From positions 1,488,001 to 1,552,000 of the forward strand of contig MU008160.1 of the NCBI GenBank assembly GCA_010909165.1: a DNA stretch of 64,000 nt. The letters are read 5' to 3'. This document shows positions 46,901 to 53,886 of this stretch, in pieces. The translations under genes were made by a program, and so were the position numbers. Source of the stretch: Anthoceros angustus. Taxonomy: Eukaryota > Plantae > Anthocerotophyta. Numbering within the stretch: position 1 is the stretch's first letter; each line of letters begins with the position of its first letter. The notes below the pieces were generated by a model. The model ran no database searches and had not been told where the DNA came from. It worked only from the letters and a program-made list of their open reading frames with translations.

Positions 46901-48077
46901 GTGCTTGTCCCAGGTGCCCTTTGCTGCTTTGTATGACGAGAGGAGGGGCAAGTTCCTGGTCCAACTGCAAGCAACCAAGGGAGTGGCTGTCATCCCTTCC
47001 ATCACAACTTTGTACAGATGCTTACGACGGCAGGAAAAGTTCCACGCCAGGATGGAATTCCCGGATCCCGTGGACGTTCCCTTCCTGGACTCAGTCACCT
47101 ACCCTGCAGGATTCCTGCAAGAGCCGCGTCATCAACAGGGTAGCTGGCAGCTCAGCAAGGTGGCCTTCATAGCTGGCAACCCAGAACCCATGGGCCTGGG
47201 CCGGCCCCAGCTGGACTTCTCGCTGCTCGAAGCCATCACCGTGGCCTCTTACTTCAACGTCCAGCCTTGCGTGGGTAGGAACATGACCAAGAAAGCTGTG
47301 CTGGAAGGGCTGGCAAACAGTGGTGTGGTTCTGTTGGCAACCCATGGTATTGTCGATGCGGACCGGTACCCTTACGGCTGCCTGGTGATTCAGGGGCCAG
47401 ATAAATGCAGCACAGGCAGCGAAACAGATGGCCATGGTGCTGCCAGGAGCCACAGAAGCTCTCGTATCTTCCAAGGGACTGATGCCAACTCTCGCTTGCG
47501 CAAGGTCGAAGAGGCTGGCCAGGTCCTCACTGCTTCAGAGATTGCGAACCTGGAAGGTGGTATTGCTGCTGGATTGGTGGTGCTGAGTACGTGCGAATCG
47601 GGGCTGGGTGAGGTCACCCGAAGTGAAGGGTTGGTGGGAATGGGTCGCGCTCTGCTGCAGGCCGGTGCGCCAACGGCAGTCCTTACCATGTGGGAGGTCC
47701 AAGATCAACAGCAAATGCTTCTGATTGCAGGTCGCATATACTTTCCGCTCCTCACATTCCTGCTGTTTTTTCATTTATTCCTAACTTCGTCGTCCCTTCA
47801 TTTTTTCTCCTGCGTTTCAGTGACTTGTTTTTCAGTGACTTGTTGTTTACCTATTCCAGAACTATTTCATGTTTTATACATTGATTCCCGCACACGTGGT
47901 ATGACCATCTGCGAGGCATTGCAAAGCATAATGGAAGGTCATATCCAGAGGGGTAGCCCTATCCATCTTTGGGCATCCTTGAATATTGTTGGTTCTCCAC
48001 TTTTATATCTCCGGAGACCGGAATTTTCTTATTCTCATATTTCTTATTTTAAAACTTTATATGACCGTGGGTGTTAG
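43968..48077 (+). CDS. TPR-repeat + CHAT (caspase-like, clan CD) protease, paralog B; probable intron 47731-47859
   Basis: 1369-codon ORF with TPR-like helices (LGDLEFVQAEYQSALIHFTGAL; YWYKAGDMGRALEVM). CHAT hallmarks: WAERANVRSLL, LSQVPFAALYD, IAGNP, VLLATHG (His1126), LVVLSTCESGLGEV..EGLVGMGRALLQAGAPTAVLTMWEV (Cys1209) and WASLNIVG. The architecture resembles TTC28-like and bacterial TPR-CHAT proteins. Confidence 0.93.
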   Translation: MTGAMEGLEHEVQNLQVASGHGSGRQHDHEQLTQYFTHQLRAATLQTPGLLDEVPVGDCLTVEDVMSKVEEYRQTENGFVKVAVRWRACMNLAAAGLKALEGCHEIALDACTEVELQLQAESESLPHGEAWVAGFKGLIYASKGDWAAAENSLWRVIQVEQACVGSRFFHRFVVCLFAESLGYLIIHAMDPRVPTDCPESSGFCRNSHAFYPFLLLCSGEFHPVSDSDFLLECAKLGPQWPEARCACVDAYYKAAKVFAESKSATRLRESLLAGYLMPHALKVPFLEISMWEALGDLEFVQAEYQSALIHFTGALRVALMEGEEDDPVKVRALCERILKSAALSYPTLPRPPRDADSVDVMCYALCFMTRVQQADWPNAEDWKKTSWEEVRHLLATKHQQSAPAPIYPWITEALEGLVDIYDRAGAYSSAAEVCLLHSRLVDLQSQIGKLSSVVNYWYKAGDMGRALEVMEAAVSASQRLNESDWELRAHIQISAAMVWQKDGQTDRAVAAREEAWRLFSTRTNLDEFNNPGETIIKGMVALLENYRVRKSWSSAYELVGSVDAYMDKHLEGSLLWEMWNTSKAYLAQEVGDLQQARTILRDMQEILGKDPVQTGHGPTRRELQLLQATAELHLRNGHWKLAVRTSEGALKAVQKVSMKRFEMRMRVNLCFALWCLGRHQKLDAELETALSQEVSGVADINLELTKVRLLQAKAALRLGDTAAAWTYTQIAETLAANDGVHLVLVKYHQASVLQAQQQWMSAAKLAREAAELAAAQQRETCYQDHEPTAWVLFFDNRMKSVYWLLQNLWIYHLRRPEQGLLWAERANVRSLLHQIHRKGSEEDPFFNPVELEHCDTLLESIIWATVKSLSPTTAIIHYVYDTSQGQLYMYVTRYSAKSSNGVSILCTICVLSTWFKNAGEPPTTRLEELISKARTDIQNEEDSKGPIKALVTLHALLVQFIEADLEGCDTLVFAPGHGCLSQVPFAALYDERRGKFLVQLQATKGVAVIPSITTLYRCLRRQEKFHARMEFPDPVDVPFLDSVTYPAGFLQEPRHQQGSWQLSKVAFIAGNPEPMGLGRPQLDFSLLEAITVASYFNVQPCVGRNMTKKAVLEGLANSGVVLLATHGIVDADRYPYGCLVIQGPDKCSTGSETDGHGAARSHRSSRIFQGTDANSRLRKVEEAGQVLTASEIANLEGGIAAGLVVLSTCESGLGEVTRSEGLVGMGRALLQAGAPTAVLTMWEVQDQQQMLLIAGRIYFPLLTFLLFFHLFLTSSSLHFFSCVSVTCFSVTCCLPIPELFHVLYIDSRTRGMTICEALQSIMEGHIQRGSPIHLWASLNIVGSPLLYLRRPEFSYSHISYFKTLYDRGC

Positions 48078-48883
48078 TCACGTTGTACACAATCATATTG
48101 TATCGTATGCGATCGCTAGATTAAGACGCTATTACATACGAGGAGGTTATTACACGAGTGTCACATTAGGAAGTTACACGTCGACTTCAAAGAGGTTATA
48201 GTCATTGACAAAGAGTGAAACGCAATGTGGAAGGTAGCCTTGTGTCGAAACATGATGAAACACATTCTAATATAGTATTGTTTCGAAGTTACTAGGAACA
48301 TGTATAGATTTTTGCCTATGTATGTATATTTTTCCTTCTTTCCTATGCAAGATAGTTGGTTATGTTATACCAAAAACACGCGCAAATGTCTTTCTAAAAG
48401 TTATTTTCAAATGAAACGAATCTTAGAGTGTAGTTGCTATCCCATCGGAGCAGTTCCAGCCGAAAGATAATGCCGCAATTTTCCAACGCCTTCAAGGCTC
48501 TCTAAGTTATGGATTTGCGCATGGTTATGCAGCACTTTAGAAAGTTCCACCCACATACTACAGCGCTCTTCCGGATCCACTTTGAAGTCCTTGCTTCTCG
48601 AAAGTCGTGTCTTGGACGTCTTTTATGGTGCATATTTCGAGGGAACCCCGCGGTTTCACGCATCCCTATCTTCCTCACCTCTTTCACCTCTGCCGACGCC
48701 AAGGCATCTGTGGAGGTGTCTGAGAGAAATAAATAATCCACACTTTCAAGCCCCATCACCACACCACAGTCACGAGGGCCTTGATTTCCTGCTCAAGATG
48801 GCACTCTCCTCGCAACCGCTGCGGCTCCACAGCAACCGGGCACATTGTGCGTAAAAGCCATGCGCGCATCTTCAGTTCACCAC

Positions 48884-48995
48884 AATTTTGTATGCACAGA
48901 TACATCGTGGGATTTGTTTTGTGGAATCTTTAGTTAAGGAATTTTGTATGCACAGATACATCGTGGGATTTGTTTTGTGGAATCTTTAGTTAAGG
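48884..48995. repeat. 56-bp x2 tandem duplication
   Basis: aattttgtatgcacagatacatcgtgggatttgttttgtggaatctttagttaagg twice. Confidence 0.95.
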
Positions 48996-49006
48996 GTCTC
49001 AGGGTG

Positions 49007-49076
49007 GCTGGAGTAGCTCAGACGGTTAGTGCATGCTGGCTCATGATATGAGCCTGAGTTGTTTTCGCACTCTACC
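49007..49076 (+). pseudogene. tRNA-derived sequence (CAT anticodon-like; pseudo-tRNA or SINE head)
   Basis: ggagtagctcagacggttagtgc (A box/D arm), ctcatga loop and a 3' ctctacc that could pair with ggtggag. The T arm is degenerate. A partial repeat lies at 49118-49148. Confidence 0.5.
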
Positions 49077-49268
49077 CTAACGCCAGAGGGAAACCCCGAA
49101 CTCCGAGAGGCGAGCTCGACGGTTAGTGCATGCTGGCTCATGATATGAATGTCGGAGTTGAGTTTCCCCTGCTGGGCACCGAACGCTAGAGGGAAACTCA
49201 ACTTCGAGGCCTAACCTGCTCAGTGGCAGCTGGTTCCCCGTTTCGGCCGGTGGATGATCACAAGACTA

Positions 49269-49332
49269 GGTGGAGTAGCTCAGTAGCTTAGGGGCATGCT
49301 GGCTAACGACCACATGGTTGGAGGTTCTCTTC
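49269..49332 (+). pseudogene. tRNA-derived sequence (AAC anticodon-like; pseudo-tRNA or SINE head)
   Basis: ggtggagtagctcag...tgctgg ctaacga ccaca tggtt ggaggttc; related to the 49007 unit, 3' end missing. Confidence 0.5.
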
Positions 49333-49350
49333 GGGTTTTGAGCAGGGATC

Positions 49351-49725
49351 TATCAGGAAAAGAGCTTAGCCTTTATAGAGAGGGAACACAACACTCCCAT
49401 ACAATATGGGTTATATGCACTAGGCACATTAGATACTAGCACACAAGCACACAAGAACACTTGCACACACCACACATTACAAGTAGGTGGGCTTGGCCTT
49501 ATGTAGTCCTAGCCTTGGATCCTACTGGTCACTTGACCTTGAATCGTGTTGGTTACTTGACCTTGCCCTTTACTTTTGGACTTTCTAGAAGATACTTTCT
49601 AGGAGATACTTTCTAGAAGATGCCTGACTTTTCAAGTATGTTATTTTTAGGGCACTCTTCATAACCTGCTTTTAGGGCACTCTTCATAACATATTTTGAT
49701 ATTTTGTAATAAATCACTTCTAACA
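49351..49725. mobile_element. Probable solo LTR (375 bp) with 5-bp TSD GGATC
   Basis: ggatc at 49346-49350 and 49726-49730 flanks a segment tatca...taaca (TGTTAG start on the minus strand), with short internal repeats (ctagaaagtat; ttagggcactcttcataac x2). Confidence 0.55.
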
Positions 49726-49931
49726 GGATCCTGGTTTCTTCTCGAATCTTCATGCTACCCGGTATCGTAATCATGAATCAGCTTCATGGACATGCCGGTG
49801 GATGATCACATCCATGTCCTTCGTGTTTGTCCCGGGATGGAATGTGAACTCCGCGAGGCCTTACCACTGTAGTGGGAGAGAGGCGGAGTAGTAGTGTTGT
49901 GGGATCACGTTTTGGGGGCGGCGCACGTACG

Positions 49932-50175
49932 TACATGAGGTGCCGTCTCCGTCGTTTGTGAGAAACCCTTCTTCTCCCATTCATTTCGGATGCTTAAATA
50001 AATTAGATTTTTCTTAATTTTCTTTTTTACCATTTAGCTTCACCACTTCACCATACATGAGGTGCCGTCTCCGTCGTTTGTGAGAAACCCTTCTTCTCCC
50101 ATTCATTTCGGATGCTTAAATAAATCAGATTTTTCTTAATTTTCTTTTTTACCATTTAGCTTCACCACTTCACCA
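49932..50175. repeat. 122-bp x2 tandem duplication
   Basis: tacatgaggtgccgtctccgtcg...cttcaccacttcacca at 49932 and 50054. Confidence 0.95.
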
Positions 50176-50749
50176 TAATATCAGTTCCACATGCATGCCT
50201 GCAATGTGACCGTCCACCTACTTCACTCATGAAAATGACCTAGCAATTTCTACGCCTCCATCCACTCTTTTTGGTCGGCTCTCATTCATTATTTCTCCCC
50301 CGGGTCACAGTGTGAAAATCCATGACTATAGTCATGAAAATTGAGGGTTTTGACTTGTCTCAATGCTCTGTGGTCGAATCCCCCATACATACATATGTCT
50401 CCGACAGATTCCCCTGTCAACCATCCTCCTCACACACATCTCCTCTGCCTCCTCATAGATGTGGGCATTGCTATGTACACAGGTCTACCAACAAAACACT
50501 TGCTCAAGATCTTGTCTCATCTACTCTCGCAGCTACCTTCTCGCAGCTACCTTCTCGGCTTCATCAACACCATGAAGTCCCACCTCTACGATTGCTCCAA
50601 ATTTAACATGCACCGCAAGAGTAACCCAATCTCCACCACCCATAAACCTTGTCCTCACCACCGAAAGTGCATCATCACATTCCCCTCTGACTCCATACTC
50701 CTCTTACCGCATGTATCCCAAAGTCAAAGAGAGCACTTCACTTCACTTC

Positions 50750-50909
50750 TGCCTCCCCACACCTAATGCTCAATTCACTTCACTGTACAATACACTGCAA
50801 AACAGTGTGAAGTATTAGACATACATAACCTTTGCCTCCCCCCACCTAATGCTCAGTTCACTTGTACAATACACTGCAAACACTGTGAGGTAGTAGACAT
50901 ACATAACCT
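50750..50909. repeat. ~80-bp x2 imperfect tandem duplication downstream of the TolB-like gene
   Basis: gcctcccc..acctaatgctca..tcact..tgtacaatacactgcaaa..tagacatacataacc twice. Confidence 0.85.
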
Positions 50910-50982
50910 CAACCATACTTCTGAAACTTGCAACATCAAAGCTCTGCGAGCCAAATCTATCCCCTATCTCCAAGCTACAGAA

Positions 50983-53244
50983 CTAACGGCATCCAGTGGA
51001 TCGAATGGGAATGCGAAAACCAACAGAAGGGATCCCCATCCAATGCACATCATCAAAGGAGCAATCCACCGGAGAGCCCTCGGACGACAGCTGCCGTGTA
51101 CCAGGTGCAGGCAAGCCCCAGGTCGGGGTGCCGTCTTCATACGCGTTGTGGGTGAGACGCTGCAGCCCCGTTCCGTCCACGCCAATCACAAAGATCTCGC
51201 CGTAGGGTTGGAACTGGTGCGGCATGGAAACAGGCTCCGCGGAGTTCCCCGCCAGATTGGACGTGAACACTAAGTGCCTCGAGTCGGGGCTGAAGCAGGG
51301 ATGGTTCATCCGACCGTCCACCTCCGGCAGTAGCCGACGCAGCCCGCTCCCGTCCGGTCGCACCAGCCAGATGGCGAACGACCCCGACCCCGGCGCATGC
51401 CGGTCGGACGAGAAGGCGATCCACTCCCCGGACGGCGACCAGCAGGGCATGGTGTCCGTCCAGGCGCCGTCTGTCAGACGCCGCAACCCGCTCGCCTCCC
51501 CCTCCGAGTCCATGATGTAGAGGTTCTTGTGCCCCGACCTGCCCGACCGGAACACCACCTCGCGCCCGTCCGGCGACGCGGCCGGGAACGCGTTGTTCCC
51601 GGTCCCCTCCGCCGTCAGCACGCTGTAAGAGGCGGTCGCCGCCTGCTGGTCGCCGCCCTCCCTGAACGCCTTCTCGTCGAAGGAGACGGCGATCACCTGC
51701 ACCGGAGCCGGAGCTGACGCGAAGATAGCCCCCAACGTGGTGTACACCCGGCCTGCCCGCTGCCGATCCCAGCTCGTCCCGAACACCAGCCCGGAGAAAA
51801 CCTTCTTCCGTCCCGTCCCGTTCCGGTGCATCACGAACAGGCCGCTGGAAGCTGAGAGGTCCGGGATGTAGGCGATGAGGGACCCGTCGGGGGAGATGGC
51901 GGGGAAGTCGCCGTCGGCGCGCAGCAAATCCAGCCCGGGGAGAGTGGTTTCAATCCGCTCCAGCCGCGGGATGGCGTTCAAGTCCGAACCCTGGCCCCTG
52001 CACTTGTGGTAGCCGATGAAGGAAGCAGAGATGAAGGGACTGTAGTGGTGCGCATCGGGCTGGATCACCTCTGTTACCTTGGAGAAGGAGGAGGTCTCGA
52101 GGTCGAAGATCTCGATGTGCCGGAAGCTGGAATCCCCGGGCCGACGCGTGGCCACGGCCAGCCAGTTCCCCGAGGAGGCAGCAGGAGTGAAGGCATGGAC
52201 TCCGGGAGGAGTGACTCTCTCAGGTTGGAGGTTGAGATCGCCTTCCCAGGTTGCCAGATCTGGAGGAAGAGTGATCTTGAAGATGCTCCACCAGCCGTCG
52301 CCTGCGAGCCGGTGGAAGAAGACGGTGGATTCGTCCTTCCAAGTTGGCCAGCCTCCGTTTGCGACAGCTATCCTTCGCCGGGATCCGTCACTTGCCTTGA
52401 AGATGTAGAGATCCAAGTCCATCACGCTGGTCTCCAGGCCCTGGCACTCCTTACCCTGGTTGGAGGCCACCATGATCCATTCTCCGGAAGGGGAGATGGC
52501 GGGGCTGTAGTCGCTCACTCCCCGCGGGGTGAGCCGCTGAGTGAGTCCAGTCTCCAGGCTGACGGAGTAAACCGCCGTCCATGACTGCAGCAATTTCTCC
52601 GCAGGCTCTCTCGTGGAGGCAAAGTAGACAGTGTTGTTGGCCAAGAGCGGGCGGTCCGCCATGCTGATCCTCTCTTGGCCCACAGTGGAGCATCCCTGCA
52701 GGCTGGAGCTTTGCTTAGATCCTATGAGAGAGCTCAGTGGCAGGATCACCTCTCTTCTTTCACCAGCTTCTTCACCTTCCTCCACCACTTCCTTGATCTT
52801 CAGGTCCTGCAGTTTCTGCTCCACCGGCTCAATGGCATGCCCTTGAGAGAGGCGGACAAAGCACTCAACGTTGCCGAGCCTCTCCGAGATGAAGAGCAGC
52901 ACATCCACTGTCGGCCATCCAGCCACCACATCGGCCAAGGGTCCCGACCACCCGAGAGCGGTAACGTTGAGCCCCTCCAGCAACTGAGCATTGTAATTCA
53001 CCGACACGCCATCTGTGAGCCGAATTTCCCAGATTGCGGACCCCGACAGAGGATGAGGAGTAACGAAGACATCGAATGCGTACTGAACTCGGCCCACGAT
53101 GCTGAAGGCTATGGTGCCTTCAATCTCACTGTCCTGCAGAACACTGAAGGCAGTTGGGAGCATCGCTAGTGCAACAAAAATGGAAGCAGCCAGGCGATTC
53201 GACATCAACGACATGCAAAGAATTATGCCTGCCAGCGACAACAT
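50983..53244 (-). CDS. TolB-like / PD40 (WD40-like beta-propeller) repeat secreted protein, plant DPP6-N/TolB-related family; intronless
   Basis: The first in-frame ATG is at 53244 (the ORF track start at 53328 is TTG), followed by a hydrophobic signal-like N-terminus. Family motifs: IAFSIVGRVQYAFDVF, RLTDGVSVNYNAQ, DYSPAISPSG, NAFPAASPDGREVVFRSGRSGHKNLYIMD, WTDTMPCWSPSGEWIAFSSDR, FQPYGEIF and RLTHNAYEDGTPTW. Confidence 0.92.
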   Translation of the reverse strand: MLSLAGIILCMSLMSNRLAASIFVALAMLPTAFSVLQDSEIEGTIAFSIVGRVQYAFDVFVTPHPLSGSAIWEIRLTDGVSVNYNAQLLEGLNVTALGWSGPLADVVAGWPTVDVLLFISERLGNVECFVRLSQGHAIEPVEQKLQDLKIKEVVEEGEEAGERREVILPLSSLIGSKQSSSLQGCSTVGQERISMADRPLLANNTVYFASTREPAEKLLQSWTAVYSVSLETGLTQRLTPRGVSDYSPAISPSGEWIMVASNQGKECQGLETSVMDLDLYIFKASDGSRRRIAVANGGWPTWKDESTVFFHRLAGDGWWSIFKITLPPDLATWEGDLNLQPERVTPPGVHAFTPAASSGNWLAVATRRPGDSSFRHIEIFDLETSSFSKVTEVIQPDAHHYSPFISASFIGYHKCRGQGSDLNAIPRLERIETTLPGLDLLRADGDFPAISPDGSLIAYIPDLSASSGLFVMHRNGTGRKKVFSGLVFGTSWDRQRAGRVYTTLGAIFASAPAPVQVIAVSFDEKAFREGGDQQAATASYSVLTAEGTGNNAFPAASPDGREVVFRSGRSGHKNLYIMDSEGEASGLRRLTDGAWTDTMPCWSPSGEWIAFSSDRHAPGSGSFAIWLVRPDGSGLRRLLPEVDGRMNHPCFSPDSRHLVFTSNLAGNSAEPVSMPHQFQPYGEIFVIGVDGTGLQRLTHNAYEDGTPTWGLPAPGTRQLSSEGSPVDCSFDDVHWMGIPSVGFRIPIRSTGCR

Positions 53245-53886
53245 GAATTTCAGAACCTCTCCTTGATGAGCAAAATCAGAAGACCACCAACAGACATAGT
53301 CACCTTCTCGCACTAGCGTGCACAACAACCATATCCGGAGCGTGGCACCTGCTACAGGTTTGAGTTCTTAGCCGTACGATGATCCAACAGGCACATGCCT
53401 AGCCGTGCGATCATCCATGGTGTCCAGAGATGTTGTCCGTCTGCCAACTCACCATTGCCTCCGCGGGGGGCGTTGCCGCGCGCGAAGCTTCCTTTCTTTG
53501 GAAAGAAAAGACAGCTCCAATTGTATGTACTTCACTTAACCCCTTGACGCAAAGCGATTCTTTGTAGCGATTGCTGGCCAAATTTTTAGACAAATAGATA
53601 GACATTCAGAATGACCAGAAGCACAAAACTGCACACTCACATCGGAGAGAATATTCTGTCCAATTGTTAAATTCCCAAAACAGAAGCCTCTAAAGGCTCA
53701 ATTTCAGCTCCCCGGTCCTTGTGGGACTAAGGCTTCTATACACTTAAGTCTCAGTGTGACGACACAAACGCTTTGTGACACAACAAGCAAAGACTCGAAG
53801 GAACCACCTCACCCTGCTTGCTTGGTTGGCTTCCTGTGACGGGGAAGGACTCTTCGATGTCCAGAGGACACATCGGGTTCTAAGGT

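Noticed and set aside
48440-48860. Possible gene fragment on the minus strand (KDFKVDPEERCSMWVELSKVLHNHAQIHNLESLEGVGKLRHYL)
   Set aside because: Protein-like but short, interrupted by stops in neighbouring frames, and no family recognised; needs a BLASTx to support.
49007-49332. Functional tRNA-Met and tRNA-Val genes
   Set aside because: The anticodon stems are mispaired or bulged, and the T arms lack an intact TTCRA loop; kept only as tRNA-derived remnants.
50322-50766. ORFs of 94 and 141 aa downstream of the TolB-like gene
   Set aside because: No recognisable domain, alternative start codons, and located in repeat-rich intergenic DNA.
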